This document shows, in pieces, positions 27,657-36,943 of a stretch of DNA of 64,000 nt. The DNA is from a bacterium (lineage in GTDB: Bacteria > CAYTYR01 > UBA6262), in contig JAQTQE010000002.1 of assembly GCA_028712365.1 (NCBI GenBank), positions 22,366 to 86,365 on the forward strand. Reading direction: 5' to 3'. The notes below the pieces were generated by a model that did not search any database, had not been told where the DNA came from, and was given only the letters and a program-made list of their open reading frames with translations. The position numbers were made by a program, and so were the translations under genes. Every line of letters begins with the position of its first letter. The first letter of the stretch is position 1.

Positions 27657-27890
27657 TTAAAGGATTGTTTTAATGCTGCTCGATACTTCCCTGGCTTTTT
27701 GGGTCCCGACAAAAACAATTAAAGCTTTTTCAATAGCATCGCCGAGTTTTGGCAAATCCGGGATCGATAATGAATTGGAATTGGTCCCGATCTTCTCACA
27801 TTGTATCTTGACTGTCACTGAGGCCATGATCGCTCCCAATAAGGGAGTAAGGAGTATTTCTATTCTTTTGACTAATTTGTTTTCTGTCAT
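27657..27890 (-). CDS. Small soluble protein, paralogue of 28703-28945
   Basis: Shared IExxLxPLxG, KxQC(E/D)KIGT, LPxL, IExALxxFxG. Confidence 0.8.
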   Translation of the reverse strand: MTENKLVKRIEILLTPLLGAIMASVTVKIQCEKIGTNSNSLSIPDLPKLGDAIEKALIVFVGTQKAREVSSSIKTIL

Positions 27891-27898
27891 GTTTGCAC

Positions 27899-28693
27899 CT
27901 ATACCGATTCAATAAGTTCTTTTTGGAATATACCGCCTAAACCGATCAATAAATAACTTATGTTCTGCAAAAGATCCAGGAAATTACCCGGACCATACAT
28001 GTCATTCCAGCTTAAATAAGAATAGATAATGTCAAAGGTAGTCATACACAAGAACCCCACCGCTATATAGCGCCAGGGACGGGAGATCAGGCCTTTACCG
28101 AACAAATTAGTAATATAGGCCAGGATCATGGCCGGGACAATGATAAATAGATCCGCGATCGGATAATAAAGATACACGAATTTTGCCAGCTTTCCTGTTT
28201 CCGGGTCCTGAATAATAGGTATTAAAAGTTTGTAGATTATCAAGACCGTGATCAATATAAAACAAGAAATGCCAAAAGTATAAGTGCTTTTTGAACCAAA
28301 AGAAAAACCGCTTTTTTTATAGCCTATAACCAGCATGACCAAGCCGATAAATATCGGCACATACCCTGCCATCCAAAAGTAGTCGGCTAAGGTGGGGAAA
28401 ACTTCATTGACATCTATGTTCATGATCACTTCCAGGAAGCCATAGATCGTTTCAGCTGACAGGAACAATACCATGCCGGCCAATAACATGATCCAGGCAA
28501 TCTTGGTCTGGTCAAATCCATGCAAGTTCTTCACGGCAAAGGAGATCCCGATTATTGAGACTAGAACGCAGATCACCGGGAGCAAATCACTGACAATGGT
28601 CAGTATTTTCCCTTCAGGTTTGATCCAAAAGAAAAAAACATTAAAAAGCATGATCATTCCCGTAAGGAACCAAACTTTAGCTGATAATTTCAT
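27899..28693 (-). CDS. Stand-alone ~8-TM protein, paralogue of 28947-29774
   Basis: Shared DLxPVI, PxLADxFW, YPxxD, GKGLxSxPW, DIxYS, QK(E/D)L; no cytoplasmic output domain. Confidence 0.85.
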   Translation of the reverse strand: MKLSAKVWFLTGMIMLFNVFFFWIKPEGKILTIVSDLLPVICVLVSIIGISFAVKNLHGFDQTKIAWIMLLAGMVLFLSAETIYGFLEVIMNIDVNEVFPTLADYFWMAGYVPIFIGLVMLVIGYKKSGFSFGSKSTYTFGISCFILITVLIIYKLLIPIIQDPETGKLAKFVYLYYPIADLFIIVPAMILAYITNLFGKGLISRPWRYIAVGFLCMTTFDIIYSYLSWNDMYGPGNFLDLLQNISYLLIGLGGIFQKELIESV

Positions 28694-28702
28694 TTTTCTC
28701 TC

Positions 28703-28945
28703 CTATTGCGAAATATTCATTTCCAGGATCTGCTTAGATACTCTTTTAGACCTATCACTGCCCAGAAATATGACCAGCGCCTGTTCTATCCTGGGGGCCA
28801 GTTCCGGCAGATGCATAGGAGTTAATTTTTCCACACTGGTGCCTATTTTATCGCATTGCACCTTTAGCGTGGCGGCAGTGAGTAATTCGCCGATCAAGGG
28901 CAGGAGGAACGATTCTATTTTTACAGCGATATAGTTGATAGTCAT
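28703..28945 (-). CDS. Small soluble protein, paralogue of 27657-27890
   Basis: Same motifs; starts 1 nt after the upstream stop. Confidence 0.8.
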   Translation of the reverse strand: MTINYIAVKIESFLLPLIGELLTAATLKVQCDKIGTSVEKLTPMHLPELAPRIEQALVIFLGSDRSKRVSKQILEMNISQ

Positions 28946-28946
28946 A

Positions 28947-29774
28947 TTAGTATTTTTCCATTAAGTCTTTTTGGTAGAACGCGCTCAAAGCAATAAAAAG
29001 GTACCCGCTGTTCCACATCATATCAATATAACTGCCGGTGCTATAGGCCCCCAGCCAATTATAAAAAGAATATAAGATATCTGCTACGGCGATCAAGGCG
29101 AATCCGATCACCAGGAACTTCCATGGTTTTGATAGCAAGCCTTTGCCTAATACGGAAGTGATCAGGACCAGGAAGAAAACCAGCATCAGGATGACCATAT
29201 CCAGTGCCGGATAGACCAGGGAGACCACCTTTTCCAGCACACTGAGATTGGGAGTATAGAGTATGGGCATGCCTATTCTGGCTATTAAGACTATCTCCAG
29301 CATGGCAATGGCTGAAATGACAAAAATGTATTTAGAAGTGTGACCGATGAGAAACCCGGTTCGCTGGTACCCGTAAATAAACAGGATCAAAGCGGTGATA
29401 ATGGGGAAAATACCGCAGAGCCAAAAACCGTCTGCCAACGAAGGTACTCCCGGAGTCCGGCCTAAAGCCAGTTCTGTTACCGCGAAAGAACATTCGCCCA
29501 GGAACCAGCAAAATATGCCAAAGGCCAGCAGCAACCAGGCGGTTTTAGTCAGGTCCCATGTTTTTAGGTAGAAGGTTATTCTGATCAGCGCTCCAACGGC
29601 AAACAGCGAACTGATCACCGGGAATAAATCACCGACTAAGGTCAGCATATCAGGGCCGCCTATCCGGAATTTATAAAAAATAAAATTAATCACCATTAAG
29701 GTAATAATTATCAACCACATTGCCTGTGGTTCATTCATTATCTTTTTTTGGCTGTCCATGTTTTCTCCGTTCAT
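28947..29774 (-). CDS. Stand-alone ~8-TM protein, paralogue of 27899-28693
   Basis: Eight hydrophobic segments with the shared motifs; start overlaps the PilZ stop. Confidence 0.85.
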   Translation of the reverse strand: MNGENMDSQKKIMNEPQAMWLIIITLMVINFIFYKFRIGGPDMLTLVGDLFPVISSLFAVGALIRITFYLKTWDLTKTAWLLLAFGIFCWFLGECSFAVTELALGRTPGVPSLADGFWLCGIFPIITALILFIYGYQRTGFLIGHTSKYIFVISAIAMLEIVLIARIGMPILYTPNLSVLEKVVSLVYPALDMVILMLVFFLVLITSVLGKGLLSKPWKFLVIGFALIAVADILYSFYNWLGAYSTGSYIDMMWNSGYLFIALSAFYQKDLMEKY

Positions 29775-30145
29775 TTTTCAGCCGGCAGGTGTTTTTCGAT
29801 ATAGTCAAAATGTTTTTGCTCGTCATTAGGCCTGATCATCAGGAATTTAATGCCAATACCGCCTTTGCGTTTGTACCAAACCACTTTGCCTAAAGCGGAG
29901 ACCAATCCTTCTTTCTGCGGCAGGTCTATTTTAATATCCAGCAAAGTATCTAATTGTACTTTTTTTTGCTGTAATATTTTCATGCCTGAAGCGCTGACAT
30001 CTTTGGCCAATGAAATGATGCTGCTGCCATTTTTGTTATGCAGTTTATAAACTACATCAACCAGAGTATTCAGCCGGGGATTAGATCTTTTTTCCTTGAT
30101 CTTTTTTAACCTGTTCAGCTTTACCGTCTTGAGCCATTTAAACAT
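29771..30145 (-). CDS. PilZ domain protein
   Basis: EKRSNPR and DVSASG, GKVVW, GIGIKF. Confidence 0.85.
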   Translation of the reverse strand: MFKWLKTVKLNRLKKIKEKRSNPRLNTLVDVVYKLHNKNGSSIISLAKDVSASGMKILQQKKVQLDTLLDIKIDLPQKEGLVSALGKVVWYKRKGGIGIKFLMIRPNDEQKHFDYIEKHLPAEK

Positions 30146-30156
30146 TACTGTCTCCT

Positions 30157-30996
30157 TCAGGTTTTACCTCTTTTATAATCCTGCATTTTTTCCAGAAGCT
30201 CAAAAGGGACATCCATATTGCCCATTAATACCTCATTCTTGTCGATCTCTCCATGGCAATCACTGCCGCCGGTGATCAGTAAATTGAATTCACTGGCATA
30301 TTGGCGGAACCGGTCCATATCAGATTTGCTGTGGCGGCTGTGATAAACCTCGATCCCTTTAAGTCCGAATCCTACCAATAAGTCGATCATATCCCGGTTG
30401 ATCTCGGAAAAATAAGGATGCGCCAATGCCGGTATGCCGTCAACATCAGTGATCATTTTAATAGCTTGCTCCGGTGTAAGCCTGGCTTTAGGCACGTACG
30501 CTGGTTTGTTAAAGCCGATAAAACGCTGGAAAGCCTCCTGAATATTGTGGACATAGCCTTCTTCTAAAAGGGCTTGGGCAAAATGCAGGCGGCCGATGGC
30601 ATTATCATTGGCCATTTCCAGCAGTTTAGCCCCGTCCAGGAAAACATTCAAGTCTTTGAGTTTTTCCAGTATCATAACCGCCCGTTCATGGCGCTTTTTA
30701 CGGAAAAAGCTCAGTCTTTCCTGAAAAGCTGCGTCCTGGTAATCTAAGTAATAACCCAAGATATGCAGTTCCAGATCAGTACGTCCGGGCATCTCTACGC
30801 TTAACTCTACCCCTGGTACCACTTCCAACCCGAATTGCCGGGAATATTCCTGCGCAATAGGAACTCCGTCAGTGGTGTCATGGTCAGTTAAAGCTATGGC
30901 CGACAAATTGCGTTTGACGGCATATTCTACTATCCTCTGCGGGGTGAGAGTCCCATCGCTGAAGATGGAATGTACATGCAAGTCTATATATTTCAT
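30157..30996 (-). CDS. PHP-domain phosphoesterase (YciV/TrpH-like)
   Basis: DLHVHSIFSDG, TDHD, GVELS, HILGY, AHP, TGGSDCHG. Confidence 0.92.
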   Translation of the reverse strand: MKYIDLHVHSIFSDGTLTPQRIVEYAVKRNLSAIALTDHDTTDGVPIAQEYSRQFGLEVVPGVELSVEMPGRTDLELHILGYYLDYQDAAFQERLSFFRKKRHERAVMILEKLKDLNVFLDGAKLLEMANDNAIGRLHFAQALLEEGYVHNIQEAFQRFIGFNKPAYVPKARLTPEQAIKMITDVDGIPALAHPYFSEINRDMIDLLVGFGLKGIEVYHSRHSKSDMDRFRQYASEFNLLITGGSDCHGEIDKNEVLMGNMDVPFELLEKMQDYKRGKT

Positions 30997-32321
30997 TAAA
31001 GCAACTGAGCCGCTAAAGCAGCCAGCGGGCTCCTTTCAGTTTTAGTAAAATTAATATGTCCGTAAATTTCCTGCCCTTTCAGCTTTTCGACGACATAAGT
31101 CAGCCCGTTGGATGATGCGTCCAGGTAAGGATTGTCTATCTGGTACGGATCGCCGGTAAAAACGAGTTTGGTACCCTGTCCCGCGCGGCTGATGATAGTT
31201 TTAACTTCCGACGGGGTCAGGTTTTGCGAGTCATCGATAATAATAAATTGGTTCGGCAGGCTGCGGCCGCGAATATATGTGAGAGCTTCAATTTCCATTT
31301 TGCCGGTTTCCGTGAGATACTGGATCTTCGATTCCGTATCTTCCTCACCAACTTTATCAGTACCCTTTTCCATCAGGAATTCCAGGTTGTCGTATATAGC
31401 GCCCATCCATTGGGTCAATTTTTCTTCTTTGGTGCCAGGCAGGAAACCGATGTCCCGGCCCATAGGCATGATGGGACGCAGGACGAAGAATCTGCGGTAT
31501 AGTTTTTCTTCGACGGTTTTTTGCAGAGCGGCGGCTAAAGCCAGCAAGGTCTTGCCAGTGCCTGCTACGCCTACCAGGGTTACCAGTTTAATATTATCAT
31601 CCATCAATAGGTCAATGGCAAAACGTTGTTCCGTATTAAGCGGTTTCAGGTCCCAAATACGGGTGTCTTTGCGCAGGGGTACTATCTCTTTAGTGGATTT
31701 AACATATTTGCCCAATGCTGACTGGCTTTTATCACCACTGGATTTCAGAATGGTGAATTGGTTGGCAAAAAGGTCATCATCGCTCAGTTTTATTTTTTTG
31801 TTCTGGTAAAAGGCGTCGATCTGTTCACTGCTGATCGCTATTTCTTTGCAACCGGTATATAGTTCATCTATTTTTACTTTAGAGCGCTCATAATCCTGGA
31901 CTTTTAAGCCTATAGCCTCGGCTTTAATACGCAGGTTGATGTCCTTGGATATGAAGTAGACGTCTTCACCCTTGTTTTGGATAGCAAGAGCAGTCATCAG
32001 TATCTGGTTATCATCATTGTGATTACGGAATTCAAACGGCATTTCAATTTTGCTATCAAGCTCTATCTTGAGGATGCCGCCATTATCCAACTCAACGCCA
32101 TCATTTAATTTGCCTTTTTTGCGAAGTTTATCCAAATAGCGGGAAATAATACGTGAATTACGACCGCGTTCATCGTGGAATGTTTTAAAGCGGTCCAATT
32201 CTTCGATCACGATCAAAGGGATCGATATTTTGTTATGTCCGAAAACGGAGAGCGCTTCCGGGTCGTGAATGAGGACGTTGGTGTCTAACACAAATGTTTT
32301 AAATGGTTTTGAAAGGATCAT
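30996..32321 (-). CDS. PIN-PhoH protein (PhoH2/YlaK-like)
   Basis: VLDTNVLIHD (PIN), GVAGTGKT, RGRSL, IIDDSQNLT, GDPYQID. Confidence 0.92.
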   Translation of the reverse strand: MILSKPFKTFVLDTNVLIHDPEALSVFGHNKISIPLIVIEELDRFKTFHDERGRNSRIISRYLDKLRKKGKLNDGVELDNGGILKIELDSKIEMPFEFRNHNDDNQILMTALAIQNKGEDVYFISKDINLRIKAEAIGLKVQDYERSKVKIDELYTGCKEIAISSEQIDAFYQNKKIKLSDDDLFANQFTILKSSGDKSQSALGKYVKSTKEIVPLRKDTRIWDLKPLNTEQRFAIDLLMDDNIKLVTLVGVAGTGKTLLALAAALQKTVEEKLYRRFFVLRPIMPMGRDIGFLPGTKEEKLTQWMGAIYDNLEFLMEKGTDKVGEEDTESKIQYLTETGKMEIEALTYIRGRSLPNQFIIIDDSQNLTPSEVKTIISRAGQGTKLVFTGDPYQIDNPYLDASSNGLTYVVEKLKGQEIYGHINFTKTERSPLAALAAQLL

Positions 32322-32341
32322 TAACCCCCCTGTTGAGATAG

Positions 32342-32425
32342 TTTTAAATTTTGAGTTTTGAGTTTTGAATTATTGTGAAATACTTTTACCTAAACTTAAA
32401 ATTTATAACTCAAAACTTATAACTG
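32342..32425. repeat. 7-nt periodic inverted junction element
   Basis: TTTTAAA TTTTGAG TTTTGAG TTTTGAA ... AAACTTA AAATTTA TAACTCA AAACTTA TAACT. Confidence 0.8.
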
Positions 32426-32441
32426 TTTTTGCTTTTATAAA

Positions 32442-32512
32442 AGCGGGTGATGGGAATCGAACCCACGTATGAAGCTTGGGAAGCTTCCATTCTACCATTG
32501 AACTACACCCGC
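32442..32512 (-). tRNA. tRNA-Gly (CCC), CCA not encoded
   Basis: GCGGGTG acceptor/CACCCGC, D-arm TAGTTCAATGGTAGAA, anticodon stem GAAGC-TTCCCAA-GCTTC, T-arm GTGGGTTCGATTCCCAT, discriminator U. Confidence 0.96.
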
Positions 32513-32516
32513 GTGT

Positions 32517-32848
32517 AAACACCCCAAACCCCGCTCAAAGGGGCTCCCGCCCCTATTGCGTTCGGCCGGCGATTTTACTCCGTAAAATCTGGAGCGTCGG
32601 CCTCACTGTTACCCCTTGGGGTGTTTCCGAAAAATATGCGCCCTGCTGTTTGCTGCGCAAATCAAAGCGCAGGGCTTGCTTTCATAGGAGACACCCTTCG
32701 GGTTTCTCCTTCTGACGTTCGGTTGGCAGATTGGCTACTTAAATCCACCTTTCTTCCCAACCCTCACTGTCATCCTCTTCCAGGCTATCCAAAGGTCAAT
32801 GTTAAAGTTAACAAGGTTAATAATGACCCTTGGGGTGTTTCCTAAAAA
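32517..32848. repeat. MITE-like multi-hairpin element upstream of tRNA-Gly
   Basis: AAACACCCCAA (32517-27) inverted versus TTGGGGTGTTT at 32616 and 32830; 22-bp direct repeat CCCTTGGGGTGTTTCC(G/T)AAAAA; several internal hairpins. Confidence 0.55.
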
Positions 32849-32860
32849 CCGTAAAATCTT

Positions 32861-33862
32861 TTACTTTTTCTTGGCTGGAGCTGCCGGGGTTGCCGGAGCT
32901 GGTGCCGGGCTAGAATGGCTTTCAGTTTCATTGCCGCCCCAATATAAGTTTAAAGCGATCTGATTGGTGTTCTCCATTTTTAATTTATCTACTTTATAAC
33001 AATAATCCAATCCGAGGAAGCCCATCTTCAGACCAAATCCGGCGGTCAGGAAGTTATCCGCCATGCCTGTTCTTAAAGAAAGGTTATACGGCAGGCTGAA
33101 CTCTGTCCCGAAATTGTAACGGATACGTTTCCTGGTAGTATATTTTTCCGCGTCAACAGATAGTTTCACGTTGTAGCTTCTGGCTCCTGGATCAAAAAGG
33201 TCATAACTAGTCCCGATCTTTGCCACCATGGGAACTCTTTCAGAATAATCGCCATCCCATCCGATATTAGTATAGATATCTTGCAGGACCATAGCTGCTT
33301 TTAGTTTTTCAGTTAGCAGGAACATTGTACCCAGGTCAAAGCCGAATCCTGTCCCGGAAGCATCCTGGATCTTGCTCTGCAATATTTTCAGGTTTACGCC
33401 CAAGCTGATATCCTCGGCTAATTTTGGGGCATAAGATAAGAGCAATACAGTATTGCTCTCTTTGAAGCTGCCGGTAGGATAATCGTAAATATCATAACCG
33501 TCAATATCCTTGACCCCGCTCATGATCGCGCTAACCCCGAGTTTCCAGTCAGGCAGTATCACACTGGCATAGTTATAATTCCTATCCAGGGACATTTTGC
33601 TATAGACCAGCCCGACCTGGTTTTGCTTGATGAAAGGGATACCTGCCGGATTCCAGTAGGCTCCGCTGTTGTCATCAGCGACAGCGATAAACGCGCTGCC
33701 CATGGCCAGGGCTCTCGGCCCAACGCCGGTTTTCAGATAGGGAGCAGCTTCCCCAGCCTCGCCAATTTCAGGTTCGGTATTCAGTTCCCAACTATAAGCA
33801 ATTTGTGCGGTAAACGCTAAGATCAGGCACAGCAATAATAGAAGTTTATTTTTCATGATCAT
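32861..33862 (-). CDS. PorV/PorQ-family outer-membrane beta-barrel protein
   Basis: LKTGVGPRALAMGSAFIAVADDNSGAYWNPAG, LGVNLKIL, FGFDLG, NFGTEF, FLTAGFG; C-terminal Pro/Ala tail. Confidence 0.85.
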   Translation of the reverse strand: MIMKNKLLLLLCLILAFTAQIAYSWELNTEPEIGEAGEAAPYLKTGVGPRALAMGSAFIAVADDNSGAYWNPAGIPFIKQNQVGLVYSKMSLDRNYNYASVILPDWKLGVSAIMSGVKDIDGYDIYDYPTGSFKESNTVLLLSYAPKLAEDISLGVNLKILQSKIQDASGTGFGFDLGTMFLLTEKLKAAMVLQDIYTNIGWDGDYSERVPMVAKIGTSYDLFDPGARSYNVKLSVDAEKYTTRKRIRYNFGTEFSLPYNLSLRTGMADNFLTAGFGLKMGFLGLDYCYKVDKLKMENTNQIALNLYWGGNETESHSSPAPAPATPAAPAKKK

Positions 33863-36800
33863 CCCTCCTGCCTGCGGACTACCGCGATTTTTATTATCTT
33901 ACGGACTGTGCGACCGGCATAGTCTGATGCCGAGCCACTGACCTGTATCTCTGCAAAGTAAGTGCCATTAGCTACTTTCCGGCCGTTGTCATTGGTCCCG
34001 CCCCACTTGAATTCGACTAAACCTTTGGACCAAGTGTCATTTCTCTGCAAAATGGTGACCAGATCGCCGTTAAAATCATAGATCCGGCAAGTGATATTGC
34101 CATTTTCACTTAAAATAAACCGGATCGTGGTATCTTCCCGGTCAGGATCAAACGGATTGGGATAGTTGTGGGCATCGCTGAGTTCTTCCATTTTCGTATA
34201 GGTCAATACCCCGCTATATTCAGTATAGTTGCCGACTTTATCTGTTATCCTTAATACATACGGATAATCACTGGCATCAACCAGGCCGGTGGCCTCGAAG
34301 GTCATGAGATCAGAATCCTGGTCGTAGGTGGTACAGTAATATGTCGTACCATTCACTTTAAGATAACTGCCGCCAGCCGCCCAAGCAGAATTGATACCGC
34401 TGCCGTTATCAGTGACTTTTGCGCTGACGATCGGCCCGTTGATGGAAATATCGTTAGCTACCGGCTTGGCATAGTCAGCGATTACGCTATAGATGGAGAA
34501 ATGCGTGGTCGTGCAGGTAGCGCCGGTGTTTCCTGCCGCGGCATGAACTACATTTTTATCCCTGACCCATTTTTGTGTTTCCGCGTTCCAGAAGCAGATT
34601 GTCAGCTTGGACTGCAGGATGGTAGAGTTCGGGTATAATCCACCGGTGTTAGTAAGGTTAGGATAATTGAAGCTTAAGGTCAGCGGCGCAATAGTAGTGA
34701 TCCCATTAGCCAAAGACAAATTCATTGCCGGACCAACCGCAAAAATATCAGGTTGTGTGGTCACTGGTGTAGTTACGGAATTTATTACAATATTTGTATT
34801 TTCTTTTAAAGTGTTCGCATTCATAGTATAGCCAAAACCGAATTGCGCGGTGCCGGCTAAAGTATGTGTTCTTGTAATATCTATAGGGACAACGCCGACA
34901 TTACAGCTGCGGGTGATGGTTTCACCGTTTGAATTCTGGGCAGTCACGCTGATGGCGGCGTAAACGTTATTCGTAATAGCAGCATTAGTAACGGTAGCCT
35001 CCCAACTAGTGCCGCTTCCGGTCACCGTTACTGCGCTTGGTAAAATAAAATTGGTGTCTCCAGAAGAACTATCAGTTAATGTTATACTGATAGTCGGTTG
35101 ATTACTTGAATCCACATGGGCGGTAATCGTGTTGGTAGTAGCGTCCATGGCACCCTGTATGGAAAAGACCGGATCAACCTTAGCCGCAGACTCTACAATG
35201 TCTACGGTCGTCGCTTCTTTTGATATCCAAATATTTATAGCCGACGGACTGGGGTCAACATTGCCAGCCAGGTCAGTCGCTATGGCCCGGAGATAATAAG
35301 CTCCCGTGGCCAGGGTAGTCACATTCCACGGAATGATAAAATTGTCATCATTCTTGGCATCTGTGCCAATAGTTGTCCAAGTAACATTATCCGTAGAATA
35401 TTGGAACTCAACTTTTTTGATGTTAGTTTCCGTATCATTGACATAGGCTCTCAAATCAATACGTGTCGGCCAAATAGTTGTGGTGATAGTCCTGATGAGA
35501 GCATGCGGCACAGTTATATCAGCCATTGGATTAGTGGTAATATTGATAGCCTCTGCGGCTGAAGTATTTCCCGCCCTGTCTACATACGTTACGGTCAGGG
35601 TAGTCACTCCCGCTGCGATCGGCATCGGACACTGGTACGGAGCGGTGAAATCCCAGTATACATTAGTTCCGTCGGTAAAAGCGGCATATTTAATATCTGT
35701 GTCTGTAGGGGTTTGCAATTTTACTTCTACTATACTCCCCTCATTTACCGCAATATTATTAGCCGGAGCAGTGATGATCGGTACTTTTGGCGCATTACCG
35801 TCAATGACTGCCAAATCGATCGCGGTATGATCATTGGAGTTTAAGGCATTATCCCGGATTGTGCCTATCACTATACCGGTCAATCCATCCCCTGTGGTAG
35901 CGTTGATAGCGGCAGTAGGCGTGAAAAAGCACATCGTATTTGTCGGAGCATCTACCCAGAATGGACCAGCCAAAAGTATCGGTGTTTTTCCGGTGGGTGT
36001 GTAGCTGGCATACGCTATATCATAAATTCTTTCGCTGAAAGTAACATAAAACCGCGGAGTCTGGCCATTGCCGATATAACCTACATTATCGGTAAATGAC
36101 CCGTCACCATCTTCATCTACCTGGATGCTGCTCACAGTAGGTTTAACAGTATCAATAATTAATTGTGTTGATAAAGAGTCCTGGGTAAAACCATTTACAT
36201 CTTTGCCTCCGGAAATAGTTACTATTGCTTCTCCGTCGCCGGTAGTATCAGTTATGGCAAAGGTTTGCTTGACCGTGTCACTGGATACTCCTGTTGCTGA
36301 CCAGACTGTATCAGTGCCGGTTATAGCAGTTTTCCCTTTGGGGGTAATGGTAATGTTTGGAGTGACGCTGGTATCCATCTTTCTAAAGGCATTAAAGACA
36401 TTGGTAAACCAGGCGGTGATATCCTGGTTGCCGGCTTTAATGTAGGTTTTGCTGTTTACTACATTAGTGGTACTATAAGCGACAGCTGCTACCTGTGGAT
36501 TCTGGTTGATTTTCAACCAGATCAATCCAGGGCTGGGATCAGTGCCGCTGCTGTTTGAAGCCACAGCGCGGGCTTCATATACTCCGCCATTAGTCAATGA
36601 GCTGATATCCCAGGCTAAGGGATAAGGTGCAGCTGTGCCAGTGCTGCCTAAGACTGTCCAGGTGCTTTCACCCTGAAGTCTATATGAATATTCAATGTTG
36701 GTGGGGACTCCGGTAGTCGATACGGTAAGAGTCAGGTTAGCAGCAGTGGTGCTGGCACTGTAACTGCAAACACTTGTGCCATCCGCATAAGAGTCTATGC

Positions 36801-36891
36801 GCGCGGTTGGAATATCTGCCTGTGCCAGTCCGGGTAAAAATAATGATCCAAGAAGAAGCAAAGCTATAACTGGAAGAAAATACTTCTTCAT
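33859..36891 (-). CDS. Large secreted Ig-like repeat protein with C-terminal FlgD-Ig/T9SS type A CTD
   Basis: Signal peptide; two related Ig units (WDISSLTNGGVYEARAVAS / WNVTTLATGAYYLRAIATD); C-terminus HNYPNPF...IYDFNGDLV...WGGTNDNGRKVANGTY. Confidence 0.8.
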   Translation of the reverse strand: MKKYFLPVIALLLLGSLFLPGLAQADIPTARIDSYADGTSVCSYSASTTAANLTLTVSTTGVPTNIEYSYRLQGESTWTVLGSTGTAAPYPLAWDISSLTNGGVYEARAVASNSSGTDPSPGLIWLKINQNPQVAAVAYSTTNVVNSKTYIKAGNQDITAWFTNVFNAFRKMDTSVTPNITITPKGKTAITGTDTVWSATGVSSDTVKQTFAITDTTGDGEAIVTISGGKDVNGFTQDSLSTQLIIDTVKPTVSSIQVDEDGDGSFTDNVGYIGNGQTPRFYVTFSERIYDIAYASYTPTGKTPILLAGPFWVDAPTNTMCFFTPTAAINATTGDGLTGIVIGTIRDNALNSNDHTAIDLAVIDGNAPKVPIITAPANNIAVNEGSIVEVKLQTPTDTDIKYAAFTDGTNVYWDFTAPYQCPMPIAAGVTTLTVTYVDRAGNTSAAEAINITTNPMADITVPHALIRTITTTIWPTRIDLRAYVNDTETNIKKVEFQYSTDNVTWTTIGTDAKNDDNFIIPWNVTTLATGAYYLRAIATDLAGNVDPSPSAINIWISKEATTVDIVESAAKVDPVFSIQGAMDATTNTITAHVDSSNQPTISITLTDSSSGDTNFILPSAVTVTGSGTSWEATVTNAAITNNVYAAISVTAQNSNGETITRSCNVGVVPIDITRTHTLAGTAQFGFGYTMNANTLKENTNIVINSVTTPVTTQPDIFAVGPAMNLSLANGITTIAPLTLSFNYPNLTNTGGLYPNSTILQSKLTICFWNAETQKWVRDKNVVHAAAGNTGATCTTTHFSIYSVIADYAKPVANDISINGPIVSAKVTDNGSGINSAWAAGGSYLKVNGTTYYCTTYDQDSDLMTFEATGLVDASDYPYVLRITDKVGNYTEYSGVLTYTKMEELSDAHNYPNPFDPDREDTTIRFILSENGNITCRIYDFNGDLVTILQRNDTWSKGLVEFKWGGTNDNGRKVANGTYFAEIQVSGSASDYAGRTVRKIIKIAVVRRQEG

Positions 36892-36943
36892 AAAACCCCC
36901 TATACGTAAATTTTGTTTCTATCAAGTTGTTCTTTAGTATAAA

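Noticed and set aside
27501-27722. 73-aa plus-strand ORF
   Set aside because: It is the antisense reading of the cobalamin riboswitch and its promoter.
30996-32321. PIN-PhoH (and Macro-Nudix) as an anti-phage or toxin-antitoxin system
   Set aside because: No antitoxin or defence neighbours; both sit among housekeeping genes.
32373-32390. TTGTGAA half-site as a second Rex box upstream of PIN-PhoH
   Set aside because: The right half (TTTTACC) does not match TTCACAA, and it lies in the loop of a periodic element.
32613-32848. 22-bp direct repeat as a possible mini-CRISPR
   Set aside because: Only two copies, a ~190-nt structured spacer and no cas genes.
32442-36891. Genomic island integrated at tRNA-Gly
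   Set aside because: No integrase and no duplicated tRNA 3' end seen in the window.
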